Below are positions 41,254 to 51,307 of a stretch of DNA of 64,000 nt, piece by piece (within the stretch, counting starts at the first letter, position 1; each line of letters opens with the position of its first letter). A program made the translations under genes and the position numbers. The stretch is from a virus. Lineage: Duplodnaviria; Caudoviricetes. Location: positions 32,001 through 96,000 of the IMG/VR virus record IMGVR_UViG_3300033121_000264. The stretch is one strand, 5' to 3'. The notes under the pieces are model-generated. The model ran no database searches. It saw only the letters and a program-made list of their open reading frames with translations, and had not been told where the DNA came from.

Positions 41254-43381
41254 TGTTTAGTTCTCCATTAAAATACATTCCGTAAGAATAAGTACGAATT
41301 TCACGGCTTTCATCTATAGTTGGTTGCTTTTGATGACGATTGACGTAATCTGCAACTAATTGATTATACACCGCATTGATTGGATTTTCTTTATTTGCAA
41401 CTAACGTCTGGGTTAGAGTATCATCATCTAATTTAGAAAATGGTTCTAATCCAGCTAATACATCAAATTTAATTTTTTCGATTGAGTTTAATTGTGTGTC
41501 GCTTAATGAGCGTGCATTAGATTTTCCATACATGGCTAGCATTTTAGGTAATACAAAAGCCGAGATGGAATCCTGTGCTTGTTTTGCCCACATAACCGTT
41601 TCTACTAGTTCTGCTTTAGAACGTGGTTTAACTGTTTTAGTCTTACGTTTTCCAGCATCTTTTTTACCTACGGGTCTACCTTGTCCAGGTTTTCCTTTGG
41701 CTTTTTTAGCATCATTCGCGCCTTTTATATCCATAGGCGTTTTTTCGCCTGGTTTTCGGTCTTTAAGTGGAATACCTACTTCGCTTGGCGCTACAGAACC
41801 GTGTTGAACAAACATTTTAGTAAGTTCTTCTTTGTTTTGTGGATTATGATAAGGACCGGCCTTAGCAGGAATTTCTTCTTTACTACGTTTATCTTCCTCT
41901 CTCTTAATTCTTGCTGATTCAATATCACTGATTTCTCCAAATCTATCGCGTACAGTTTGTTCGCTAATAATTTGTCTATCCACCAAACCAAGTAATAGAT
42001 TTTTCTCAGCAGCTTCATCTGAAAGTGTCATTCTATCGAAGATAACTTGAGGAGGTTCTCTAAGCCCCAAAGCCTTTTGTAATAATCTCATTTGAGTATT
42101 CCAAAATGTTACAAGTACGCTGCGACCATACTCTAACCGCTCAGTGAGAGTTTTTAGAGAAATATAGTTATTTGTAAATCCGGATGCAGTAGCACTTCCT
42201 GTTAGGGTTGGAGGAATACCAAGACCGGCATAGATTCTATTAAGAGTAGGAGCATATTTTGCTTCTCCTAAGAATTTACTAATATCAGATGATGATTCTT
42301 TAAAGTCTAGAGTGGCGTCCCAGATAAGGTCATAAGCACCACCACCAACATTATTTGAAATGATTTCGCTTAACTTAGCTACGGCAGCAGGAGTTGGCAT
42401 AATTTTATTATCTAAATCTCCAAGTCTCCATAGTCTGACGCTAGAAATAGCTCCATCGCAAGCCGCTAAGTCAGTAAGTTTTAACTTTTCCAACATCATT
42501 ACGTCATCTAAAATGGCGTAAATCATAGGCTTTGGAAACTGTTCCCAGTCGTCTTTCTTATAGAAATATGCGGCGAAATTGTCATCTAGAGGCATTGGTT
42601 TATTAGATTTTGCGGCCTTGATAACTTCGGGTGGTAATGAGGAAACTACCTTTGCTTCTTCTTGAGTAGAAGGATTAATAATTTTCTTTTTAATAGTATC
42701 AGGAATTACTAATCCATATTGCACTTTAGAACTACCAAATAGAGTCATTTCACCACCAATAACTTCAATTGTATTAGGATGAAGGAAGGTATAATTCCAA
42801 GGTATTTCGCTTACAGGTCTAGAACTATCAATTAGAATTTCTTTTGGGTCAATAAACGTTTGAAGATTTTTGATGTCAATATTATTTACTGTTGCATAAT
42901 TAGTCATAACTCCAACAGTACCAAGACGATATAGAATATTTAAAAAGCGTTCTGAACGTTCACGAAGACGTACTTTGTCAGCCCACTTCTCAAATACTTT
43001 TTGAGCCTTATCATCTTTGTGTACAATCTTAATGCCCTGACAAGCAAAGTCGCCCATAAGGTCAATAACGTTCTTGATAAGCCCAACTCTATAATAGGCC
43101 GAATCGCAAGTTGTAGTAATCTCACGACGTTTCTTAGGAGTAGCTTCTTCGGGACGGAAGTATTCATAACTATCGCGCGTAAATGTAGGACGAACATTAA
43201 TATTCGTGTCTACGTTTTTATAGCCTGGAAATCCTCTGTCAGCTTTACTTCTTTGCCTTCCGGCACTCTCTGATACTTGATATAAAGCTAAATCCTGCAT
43301 AGCTTTAACTCGTTCTGAGTCATTTGACCAAGTTACGAACATTGGGTCAGGCTTTGCTGCGTTGGTTACTTCTTTAGTCAT
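41234..43381 (-). CDS. Portal protein
   Basis: Follows the terminase; GLIKNVIDLMGDF, YAGLGIPPTL and IS..T motifs. Confidence 0.85.
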   Translation of the reverse strand: MTKEVTNAAKPDPMFVTWSNDSERVKAMQDLALYQVSESAGRQRSKADRGFPGYKNVDTNINVRPTFTRDSYEYFRPEEATPKKRREITTTCDSAYYRVGLIKNVIDLMGDFACQGIKIVHKDDKAQKVFEKWADKVRLRERSERFLNILYRLGTVGVMTNYATVNNIDIKNLQTFIDPKEILIDSSRPVSEIPWNYTFLHPNTIEVIGGEMTLFGSSKVQYGLVIPDTIKKKIINPSTQEEAKVVSSLPPEVIKAAKSNKPMPLDDNFAAYFYKKDDWEQFPKPMIYAILDDVMMLEKLKLTDLAACDGAISSVRLWRLGDLDNKIMPTPAAVAKLSEIISNNVGGGAYDLIWDATLDFKESSSDISKFLGEAKYAPTLNRIYAGLGIPPTLTGSATASGFTNNYISLKTLTERLEYGRSVLVTFWNTQMRLLQKALGLREPPQVIFDRMTLSDEAAEKNLLLGLVDRQIISEQTVRDRFGEISDIESARIKREEDKRSKEEIPAKAGPYHNPQNKEELTKMFVQHGSVAPSEVGIPLKDRKPGEKTPMDIKGANDAKKAKGKPGQGRPVGKKDAGKRKTKTVKPRSKAELVETVMWAKQAQDSISAFVLPKMLAMYGKSNARSLSDTQLNSIEKIKFDVLAGLEPFSKLDDDTLTQTLVANKENPINAVYNQLVADYVNRHQKQPTIDESREIRTYSYGMYFNGELNNAQDDN

Positions 43382-43420
43382 GTTATTTCCTAATTGGGAA
43401 TATAATTTGAATTCATATTA

Positions 43421-45409
43421 TTATACACCACGCATAGGGTCTGTGTACCAAGCTGGACCAGTCATCAATGGACCTGAGATATTATTATTGCTAAAACGTC
43501 CTGCAAAACCGCCTACAGCATTGTATTCTGGAGCAGATTTAACCATAGATAATAGACGAGCCACAGCGTTACCCATAAGTAAGGATGAATAACGGTCTTT
43601 ACGTTGACGCCCCTTTTTACCCCCTGCCAACTTAATTTCCGGTGTATCCCATTTATCACGACCATTTGGGGTTTGAGTATGCACTATAGAGGCTAACTCG
43701 TCTTTTAGTTCTTCGATTTCTAATACGCAGTCTTCTAATGTATTAGTAGTACGCCCAGTTCGTTTATCTTCCTCAAAGGCTAACCCGATGGTAATAGTAT
43801 CAAAAGCCGGGAACAATAATGTACGGTCTTGGAAATCTTTTTGCATACCGTAGTTAGATTGATTAGTCCATTCTGCATTTGCGAATTGTATAGGGTGAAG
43901 AATATGTAAACCAGGCAGATTATCCGTATCCTTTTCCTTATCTTCTTCTATTACGGGATATAGTGGACGTTCAAATTCGTGTACTACGTGTTTATTACTT
44001 TGGAGGGCTTCCATAATTGCGTAACCGCCACCCTGGGTATCAATAGCAATAGCTTCACATGGAAAGTCTATCATCAAGTCCCTAATTTTTCGGGCGCAGA
44101 AACCATAATAGTCATCTTCCTTGGCTTGGCCCGTTTTAAATAGATTCTTATAATGTGTTTTATTGGTAGTCCATAAATAGACAATACGCCTATGGTCTGG
44201 ATGCATTTCTAATATAACAATACTAAAATTGTCATCAGCGAAGGCAGGGTCAATACCAAATACATACTTCCTATCCTTTCGGCCTTTTAATTGGGCCGTG
44301 AAGTAAACATCGCCGGAATTTAATCTAATAGGTTCATCATCTTTGCATACGCACAATTCTATTACAGAACGTTTATAGAATCCATTACTATCAGTTGCAA
44401 ATACAGCCCCATATTCCATTCCATAAATACTACTATGAATAGTAGCTTTGGCTCTATCTACTTGCGTAGCATCCATAAAGCCTTCTGGAATTAATTCATA
44501 TGGAATTCTAATTACACTAAACTGATTATGTTTGAATCCTTCTGGAACACCCTCTGGAAATATTTCTTCTAATTTTCTCTTATCACCCCTACTTAAAATA
44601 ATCTGCTTATATTGCATCCAGTATGTATAGAAATGATTAAATGCATAGTAAGCCGTACCGGAAATAATAAGTTGGTTTTGTTCTTTCTTTTGTGTTGGAA
44701 TCATAATACCAACATGTTTCATAGCTTTTTCGTAAGCGATACGTTTGACATTTTCAATTGGATTTTGAGATACTACACCGAAACCAACGATAACGTTTTC
44801 AAAGATAAGTCTACTCAAAGATGCAAACTCGTCGCAAATCGTAACGTTAGCACGCAAACCTCTAATCTTTTGCCCATCGCCAATTGGAATAGCGGTAATA
44901 CTACTATCACCCAAAACTAAAGTACATTTGTCCGGTTCTGTGTGTGGGCCTTGTCTACTGTCATTTCCACAGATGTCTCTAAGAATTTCAGAGTCACGCC
45001 AAATCTTAGTCATATACTCGAATAGAAATTTAGATTGACGGAAAGCCGCACCAACAATTACTACTTTAGAGCCTGGTATTAATAAAGCCCGAAGAATGGC
45101 GTAAACGGCTAGTAAGAATGATTTACCCAAACCACGACTACCTATAAGCATAGGGAATGGATGAGTCCACATATCATATAGAATTGCAGATTGGAATGGT
45201 GCTAATTCTACGCCGAGAAAATATTTCGTAACGAACCCAAGATATTCTGGCGACAGGATTGTATCAAACAAACCAGTGGGAATACCTGTGTCTCTATCAA
45301 TAACACTATCTTTGAATGGGCCAGAAACATCGTATTTTGTAATGTCGCCCAGGTTAAGGTATGCATATTCTGCTAACTCCTGTCTACTTCCCTTTAGAAA
45401 TCTCGTCAT
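43421..45409 (-). CDS. terL: Terminase large subunit
   Basis: Walker A GSRGLGKS, IRGLRA, Walker B ICDEF, nuclease FGIDPA and KDRYS. Confidence 0.93.
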   Translation of the reverse strand: MTRFLKGSRQELAEYAYLNLGDITKYDVSGPFKDSVIDRDTGIPTGLFDTILSPEYLGFVTKYFLGVELAPFQSAILYDMWTHPFPMLIGSRGLGKSFLLAVYAILRALLIPGSKVVIVGAAFRQSKFLFEYMTKIWRDSEILRDICGNDSRQGPHTEPDKCTLVLGDSSITAIPIGDGQKIRGLRANVTICDEFASLSRLIFENVIVGFGVVSQNPIENVKRIAYEKAMKHVGIMIPTQKKEQNQLIISGTAYYAFNHFYTYWMQYKQIILSRGDKRKLEEIFPEGVPEGFKHNQFSVIRIPYELIPEGFMDATQVDRAKATIHSSIYGMEYGAVFATDSNGFYKRSVIELCVCKDDEPIRLNSGDVYFTAQLKGRKDRKYVFGIDPAFADDNFSIVILEMHPDHRRIVYLWTTNKTHYKNLFKTGQAKEDDYYGFCARKIRDLMIDFPCEAIAIDTQGGGYAIMEALQSNKHVVHEFERPLYPVIEEDKEKDTDNLPGLHILHPIQFANAEWTNQSNYGMQKDFQDRTLLFPAFDTITIGLAFEEDKRTGRTTNTLEDCVLEIEELKDELASIVHTQTPNGRDKWDTPEIKLAGGKKGRQRKDRYSSLLMGNAVARLLSMVKSAPEYNAVGGFAGRFSNNNISGPLMTGPAWYTDPMRGV

Positions 45410-45896
45410 AAACCCTCTTAAAAATTGAATCTACCATTTCCCATGCGTTATGTTGATTGCCTGCCCATATTATATTCAAGTTATACTTTAATTGGATTTC
45501 TGCTAATTTCTTACGTAATACTTTTCCTTTCATCTCAATCTTATACCACATGCTCTTTGGTATATTAGAATTGACCGGAAACATCATTACATCTTCAAAA
45601 GAACACTCAGCAACCATAAAGGCGTGCTTAAATTCTTTAAAACGTTCCAAAAACTTAGGAAAACGTGATTCGCTAATGTTAGTTGCTATTTCTGCCACGC
45701 TGGCTTTACGCTCAATACGCAAAATTGATTCAGCCCCTTTAATAGTATAATCACCTGTTTTTAGGGCATCTTCTATGGTTCCATTACATCTATCACTAGG
45801 CTCCCAGAACCAACCATGATTCTTTTGTTCTCTAGTATCACGAATTACTGTAAACCTTTTTGTATTCTCAACAATTTTATTATCATCGGGCCACAT
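45384..45896 (-). CDS. ERCC4/XPF-family nuclease
   Basis: IRDTREQ...LKTGDY....IERKAS..E. Confidence 0.88.
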   Translation of the reverse strand: MWPDDNKIVENTKRFTVIRDTREQKNHGWFWEPSDRCNGTIEDALKTGDYTIKGAESILRIERKASVAEIATNISESRFPKFLERFKEFKHAFMVAECSFEDVMMFPVNSNIPKSMWYKIEMKGKVLRKKLAEIQLKYNLNIIWAGNQHNAWEMVDSIFKRVYDEISKGK

Positions 45897-46141
45897 AATA
45901 TCTCAATGAACATCTGTTCAAACTGTTCTTCTTTACCGTAAATTTTACCATGACATCTTTTACACAGTGTGATGCCATTATCTATAACTAACTCTAATTC
46001 CGGGCTACTTGCAAATTTTTTAATATGATGCACTTGTAACTTCTTTTTATTTCTACAACCTGGGTACTTACATTTATTACCATCGCGTTTTAAAACAGCA
46101 TCTCGAAACTTTTTATAAAGGTCGTTATACTGACGTTCCAT
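45845..46141 (-). CDS. HNH endonuclease (terminase-associated type)
   Basis: VLKRD..KC..PGC...LQVHHI...NGITLC.RCH. Confidence 0.88.
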   Translation of the reverse strand: MERQYNDLYKKFRDAVLKRDGNKCKYPGCRNKKKLQVHHIKKFASSPELELVIDNGITLCKRCHGKIYGKEEQFEQMFIEILCGPMIIKLLRIQKGLQ

Positions 46142-47196
46142 TACAGTCTTTCGTAAGCAGAAGTTATCATCATTCTAATTAATGTATCTAAATTAACTGT
46201 GCGATGCCAACCTAATACTAGATTAGCCTTAGAAGCATCACCCTTAAGATAATCTACTTCACTTGGACGTTTTAATGAATCGTCAATGTCAACCCACTTC
46301 ATATAGTCTTCTCCAATATACTCAAATGCTTTTCGCACAAAGTCTTCAATTTTAGTTGTCTCACCCGTTGCAATAACATAATCATCCGGTTTATCTTGTT
46401 GTAGCATAAGCCACATGGCTTGTACATAATCGCCGGCAAAACCAAAATCTCTATAACTATCTAGATTACCTAATTTTAATTTTCCAATCTTATTCTTTCC
46501 ACCATTATGTAATTTAGCGACATACTTACAAACCTTTTGTGTAAGAAACTCGTCGCCTCTACGTGGCCCCTCATGATTAAACAAAATTCCGCATGAAGCG
46601 TGAATACCATATGCTTTTCTATAATTGTTTACTAAGTAGTGTGCTGCTGTTTTAGCTACTGCGTATGGAGACATTGGTGAAAAAGAAGTTCGTTCATCCT
46701 GATATTTATTAATAACTGGTTCTAAGTGGTCTGTATATAGTGTTGTATAGTTGTCCCCAAACATCTCACTTGTACTAGCCTGATAGATTCTAACAATATT
46801 AGGAAAAAGCCGTGAGGCTTCTAGTATGTTTAGTACGCCCTTGTAGTTTACGTCAAATGTATAGCCCGGTTGTTCAAAGCTAGTATGTACGTGTGATTGG
46901 GCTGCCAGGTTATATATTTCTAATACTGGAGCATTATCATGATGATAAGAACCTCCACCTAAAAGCGAGTAGGCTTTATATATAGTTTTGTCTACTGAGA
47001 AGTAGTCCGTTACATCTCCCTCAACTAACTGAAAGTCCGGATTATTAATTACACCTTTTAATCGCCATAGATTATCGCTACTAGTACGGCGTTTCATTCC
47101 TAATACTTTATAACCCTTAAGTAAAAGTAATTCTGCTAAATAACTTCCGTCCTGTCCATTTACACCTGTAATTAAAGCTACTTTAGGTTTATCCAT
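46141..47196 (-). CDS. gmd: GDP-mannose 4,6-dehydratase
   Basis: ALITGVNGQDGSYLAELLL, YNLAAQSHV, QASTSEMFG, SPYAVAK, LFNHE.PRRG. Confidence 0.95.
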   Translation of the reverse strand: MDKPKVALITGVNGQDGSYLAELLLLKGYKVLGMKRRTSSDNLWRLKGVINNPDFQLVEGDVTDYFSVDKTIYKAYSLLGGGSYHHDNAPVLEIYNLAAQSHVHTSFEQPGYTFDVNYKGVLNILEASRLFPNIVRIYQASTSEMFGDNYTTLYTDHLEPVINKYQDERTSFSPMSPYAVAKTAAHYLVNNYRKAYGIHASCGILFNHEGPRRGDEFLTQKVCKYVAKLHNGGKNKIGKLKLGNLDSYRDFGFAGDYVQAMWLMLQQDKPDDYVIATGETTKIEDFVRKAFEYIGEDYMKWVDIDDSLKRPSEVDYLKGDASKANLVLGWHRTVNLDTLIRMMITSAYERL

Positions 47197-48127
47197 TATT
47201 GTCCTCTTTTAATGTTTCACTATTTAGTATTGGTTGGTCCACAGTCCCATCTATATATGTATGATATTCGCCCAAGTCATTTAGCGCTTTCTTAGAAGAT
47301 AAAGATATTAGTTCCGCCTCGGTTGACATACGTTGTTTTTCCTTGGCGTTTTCAAATTGTTTTAATAGTCCAATAAAAGTCTTTTTTCTATCTTCAATAT
47401 CCTTATATCGCTGGTCTCTTGTTACTTTTAAGTCCCGGTTCATCTTCTGATGTTTGTCAAGCAACTCATTATATTCTTTTGTCCGGGTCATCTGACTACT
47501 ACGAATGCCCTGAATTTGGGCCATAATAGCTGCCGTATAAGTTCTATGTTGACTAAGTAAAAAGCCCTTATCTTTTTCGCCCAACTCAGATTCTTCGATT
47601 TCCTTATCCTTATCTAACGCCTTATTAAGTTCCTTATCTAGTCGGGCCAACTCACCATCAATTTTAAACTTTTCCTTTAGGTTACGATGCATCATAATTT
47701 CAAGGTCAATAGTCTTACATATCTGGCTTTCTTCTGAGTGAGTCACATCCCAATTAAACTGCTCTAAGAATTTGGCCCAGTGATATAAGTACAACTCTAA
47801 TTCGCGTTCTGAGTATTGTTGTTTAAGTTCGGCCCAGAAGGGTTTTGTTTTTAAGTCCTTAAACGCCTCTTTATTTTCTAGGCGATTGAGTGTTTCGTGC
47901 TTATCATCTATTAATGAGTCGAGATGCTTCTGAACTACTTCTACAGTTCTATTAAGTTGTTGGGCAATTTCATCTGCACTTAGACTATGCATGTTAGTAT
48001 TCATGAAGTTAATTTCTTCAATACTAAACTTACCTCGCTTACGACCGCTCTGTTGTACAACTATGTCCGATGTGTCTGGTTTAGGTGTTTCGCCCTTAGG
48101 TGTTTCATTCACTAGATTGTCTGCCAT
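47189..48127 (-). CDS. Hypothetical protein (N-terminal HTH, coiled coil; candidate terminase small subunit)
   Basis: GKFS.EE..F...IAQQLNRT HTH; located upstream of the packaging genes. Confidence 0.4.
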   Translation of the reverse strand: MADNLVNETPKGETPKPDTSDIVVQQSGRKRGKFSIEEINFMNTNMHSLSADEIAQQLNRTVEVVQKHLDSLIDDKHETLNRLENKEAFKDLKTKPFWAELKQQYSERELELYLYHWAKFLEQFNWDVTHSEESQICKTIDLEIMMHRNLKEKFKIDGELARLDKELNKALDKDKEIEESELGEKDKGFLLSQHRTYTAAIMAQIQGIRSSQMTRTKEYNELLDKHQKMNRDLKVTRDQRYKDIEDRKKTFIGLLKQFENAKEKQRMSTEAELISLSSKKALNDLGEYHTYIDGTVDQPILNSETLKEDNNG

Positions 48128-48767
48128 AGAATTCCTTTATTAACTCTTGTACTGTATGTCTAATTAACTCTTGACGTTGTTTGGTTAGTTTGGCCTGATG
48201 TGATGGTTTGGCTCCAAAATTAGTAATCATCTTAAGATAGTCTGCTCTCATTTCGGCAGGCAAGTGTTCGTCAATGTAGTCCTTTAATTGTTCCGTCTCA
48301 AATTTTTCCTCAACCTCAAAATTTTCCTTCATTCCTCTTTCATTCTCATCATCTATGTCGCCTATATTTACGCAATCAACCAAATTCTTCTTGGTATGAT
48401 TTAAAGTGAACCAGGTATTATACTTATCACATTCCATCTTATCGGTAAAGCCCATACACTGATTCGTCGTTTTTTTACATAACTCATCATATAAAGGGCA
48501 GGCGTGACAAGGCATTGCGGTCCTAAAATACTTATTACGCTTTAGATTGATAAATCGACTTTTAATATACACTCTTAAAAAGTTCTCAAGCGGCCTATCC
48601 TCGTCATATCTTCCATCATTAATCACATCTAATGCTAAAATGGTTCCCTCTTGCTTTAAGTCATCAACATCATAATACCCAAATTTAAATTGTTTGCTTA
48701 ATTGTCCTACTACTTTATCTATTATTGCTAGTGCCTGTTCCTCTGAGTAATTCTTCAATTTTTTCAC
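48105..48767 (-). CDS. Sigma-factor-like protein (candidate late sigma)
   Basis: Region-2-like DDLKQEG..LAL....YD..RPLENFL...IK.R..N; CHAC..C..C..C insert. Confidence 0.65.
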   Translation of the reverse strand: MKKLKNYSEEQALAIIDKVVGQLSKQFKFGYYDVDDLKQEGTILALDVINDGRYDEDRPLENFLRVYIKSRFINLKRNKYFRTAMPCHACPLYDELCKKTTNQCMGFTDKMECDKYNTWFTLNHTKKNLVDCVNIGDIDDENERGMKENFEVEEKFETEQLKDYIDEHLPAEMRADYLKMITNFGAKPSHQAKLTKQRQELIRHTVQELIKEFYGRQSSE

Positions 48768-48987
48768 GTTCTTCCTCCTCTGTCATTTTCTGATTTAGTT
48801 CAGCGGTAGTTTTTTCCAAACTGTCTTTATCTTCCTTCATAACCACTTCGCTAGCAGTTAGTTTTCCTTTTCCGCATTTTTTACCACCACAACATTTTTC
48901 TTTGATTGTATCTTTTTTCATTTCATTTACCTTTGCTATTAAGTTATCTTGCACTGTAGTATTATATTCTTTGTATTCGTAGTTCAT
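48715..48987 (-). CDS. Hypothetical protein
   Basis: ORF overlapping the start of the sigma-like gene. Confidence 0.45.
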   Translation of the reverse strand: MNYEYKEYNTTVQDNLIAKVNEMKKDTIKEKCCGGKKCGKGKLTASEVVMKEDKDSLEKTTAELNQKMTEEEEREKIEELLRGTGTSNNR

Positions 48988-49042
48988 TCTTCATGAGAGA
49001 GTATAAAGAATTATATTAAGGGTAATGAGGAGAGATTAGGTG

Positions 49043-49633
49043 TTACAAACGTAATTCATATCCGTTATGTTTTTTGGAATGACAATTAGCACAAATTACT
49101 TCACATTTTTTAATTTCTTCTAGTATATCTATTAATGTATATTTACTACTATTTTTCATTGTTGATAGGTCTGCAACTTTAGTTTTAGGATTTATATGAT
49201 GAAAATCTAATGAAGCATAAAAACTTTCTCCACACTTACAAGAGTTTTGTTTTTTTACTTCTCTAATTAGTTTATCTTTTTTAGTATTCCCTAAATATAG
49301 AGGGTTAGAATGTTGTTTTCTATGACAATTGTGACATAATACTTCACATTTCTTTATCTCTGCTTCAATTCTTTTTTTATTCATAGTAATTTTGAGAATT
49401 TTAGAAATTGTAAATTTTTTATTTTCTAAATGATGGAAACATAAACATATTGGATTATTCTCTTTGCATTGTTTACATTCTATTTTGAAGGTATCAATCC
49501 ACGCTTTTAAAATTTGTCTTTGTTTTTTTCTATTTAATTTATTATACAAACGAACTTTAGGTAGAATAATATCTTTATTTGCATAATATCTTTTTAAACT
49601 TCTTTCTCTATCTTTATCTGAACTTTTATACAT
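49043..49633 (-). CDS. Tandem double-HNH endonuclease
   Basis: Two C..C...FHH...KKCEV.C.NCH.K.H units; AGGAG RBS. Confidence 0.8.
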   Translation of the reverse strand: MYKSSDKDRERSLKRYYANKDIILPKVRLYNKLNRKKQRQILKAWIDTFKIECKQCKENNPICLCFHHLENKKFTISKILKITMNKKRIEAEIKKCEVLCHNCHRKQHSNPLYLGNTKKDKLIREVKKQNSCKCGESFYASLDFHHINPKTKVADLSTMKNSSKYTLIDILEEIKKCEVICANCHSKKHNGYELRL

Positions 49634-49845
49634 AAATATCTCCTATACGGAAAAACCCCTCCTAGGTATAATACACCACCAACAAATGAGAATTAAAAAG
49701 ATTAAATATAGATAGATTAGCTGAGACAAATTCAATTTTTGTCAGTTGATTTCGTTTGAATGCCCCCAACATTCACGACCCACCCACAGGTAGTATATTT
49801 TGAATGAATAAACGGGCACCCCTATGCCTCATGATGATACATATT

Positions 49846-49924
49846 GTAAGGTGTTGCTATCAATAGACTTATGTATGTGTGATACGCCGGCCCTCCCTAA
49901 GTCCTTACGCTGTAAGGGTTTACG
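49846..49924. repeat. 80-bp double-palindrome element, copy 1
   Basis: TAAGGTGTTG-ctatc-AATAGACTTA at 49847 and TAAGTCCTTA-cgctg-TAAGGGTTTA at 49898; central GC core degenerate; extra single palindrome at ~50011. Confidence 0.75.
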
Positions 49925-49926
49925 AC

Positions 49927-49941
49927 TGGCACGATAGTTGC
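49927..49941 (+). promoter_or_regulatory. Sigma54-type -24/-12 box
   Basis: TGGCACGATAGTTGC matches TGGCACG-N4-TTGC. Confidence 0.65.
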
Positions 49942-49953
49942 CTTGGCCTCATA

Positions 49954-49968
49954 GCAAATACAATGCCA
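49954..49968 (-). promoter_or_regulatory. Sigma54-type -24/-12 box
   Basis: TGGCATTGTATTTGC on the minus strand; a second minus copy, CGGTATGATATTTGC, at 50046-50060. Confidence 0.5.
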
Positions 49969-50210
49969 TACCAAACAGAATAATTCTACAAGAATAATAG
50001 TAGATAGTTGTAAGTCCTTACGCACAACCAGGTTATAGCTAAGTAGCAAATATCATACCGTAACACTCTCATAATAAAATGTTTATTTTCTTGGAAATAT
50101 TTCTTTTAGATATTTTGTTTTCTTTTGTGGAATTGTTCTGGACACGATAGGGATAGGTCGATAGAATACATAGAGACAAGAAAAGAACACTAAAGAGAAG
50201 GAAACGAACA

Positions 50211-50393
50211 ATGCCTAAGCTATTCTCCAAGAAGTCGATGCGTGAAGCGGTTGTCAAGATGCATCCCGTTATTGAGAACGGCCAGCACGTTTGGGTTGTG
50301 AGCAAGGGGTGGAAGTCCAAATATGCTTGGCCGGCCAATGGTATGTCAAGCCTAGAAATTGCCAAAAAAATGATGGAAAACTGGCAAGATTAA
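50211..50393 (+). CDS. Small early hypothetical protein
   Basis: AAGGA RBS; first gene of the plus-strand block. Confidence 0.6.
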   Translation: MPKLFSKKSMREAVVKMHPVIENGQHVWVVSKGWKSKYAWPANGMSSLEIAKKMMENWQD

Positions 50394-50465
50394 GGGTTGA
50401 CAAAACCGATACTAAGTGTAGAATTGAAGCATACAAAGAAACGATAACACGAAGGAGATTGAAAG

Positions 50466-50711
50466 ATGGCTAAGCATGTTAAGACGGTTTCGAGCTGGGA
50501 TTTGTTTTCCGCTACTGTGTTGGGTGTCGATGTGGCACCTAGCAAGGGTGTGCAATTGAGCTACGGCGGTAAGATTCGTCGTGGTACGGTTGAACGTATC
50601 GGACAACGTGAAGATGGTTCGATTGTGTTGAACGTGGAAACGCAAGACGGTTTCCGCAACTTCGATGCAGACTTGATTGAATCTTTCGAGATTCTGGAAT
50701 TAGTTCTCTAA
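50466..50711 (+). CDS. Small WYL/SH3-like protein
   Basis: LSY.G..R.G.VE...GFRNFDADLIESFEIL resembles the WYL R.F..DRI strand; GGAG RBS and own promoter. Confidence 0.5.
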   Translation: MAKHVKTVSSWDLFSATVLGVDVAPSKGVQLSYGGKIRRGTVERIGQREDGSIVLNVETQDGFRNFDADLIESFEILELVL

Positions 50712-50794
50712 GTCTAGTTGACAAAGAGAGAGGCATCGGCTACAATTGGGTAGTCGATAGGATAACAGGAAAAGAAAAAGCCAGAGGTATTAGA

Positions 50795-51013
50795 ATGAGC
50801 ATTGTAAACAGTACCGAATTGACGATTGCCGCAGTACGTGGTATGAGTGTTCGTCTGTTTGGTGAATCGTATGGTACGATTGATTACCATGATGGTTTGT
50901 GGTTTCTTACCATTGGCGGTATACTGTATCACTTCGACGGTGAGGTACTAGATGAGATTAACTATGCTATGGCATATGCTTATCGTGAGTTGATACGCGA
51001 GGGGAAGGTGTGA
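50795..51013 (+). CDS. Small hypothetical protein
   Basis: Own promoter and GAGG RBS. Confidence 0.6.
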   Translation: MSIVNSTELTIAAVRGMSVRLFGESYGTIDYHDGLWFLTIGGILYHFDGEVLDEINYAMAYAYRELIREGKV

Positions 51014-51062
51014 GCGTCACACCTAATGCAGACGCATAGGGCCGCCAGTAGAGGGGTACACA

Positions 51063-51278
51063 ATGGGAATGATGACTATAACGGAGATGCGAGACATGGT
51101 AAGTAGTCTAGAAGTTTCGATTATGCGAAATGAGCAACATCGTGAAGAAGCTCCCCATAACGACAAACGTGAATATTTCCAGTCGATTATTGACGCCCAA
51201 AAATCGGCCAAACGATACTATGAAAAACGTATCGAAGAAGTTGGATTTGATAATATTGAGGAATTTTCTCAAAAATAA
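51063..51278 (+). CDS. Small hypothetical protein
   Basis: GAGG RBS. Confidence 0.55.
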   Translation: MGMMTITEMRDMVSSLEVSIMRNEQHREEAPHNDKREYFQSIIDAQKSAKRYYEKRIEEVGFDNIEEFSQK

Positions 51279-51307
51279 CTCCGGCACAGTAAATGCCTCT
51301 TGACAAC

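Noticed and set aside
6-49633. Genome-wide TAG reassignment (alternative genetic code)
   Set aside because: Long genes are intact in code 11 and TAG ends several genes; only one internal TAG was found
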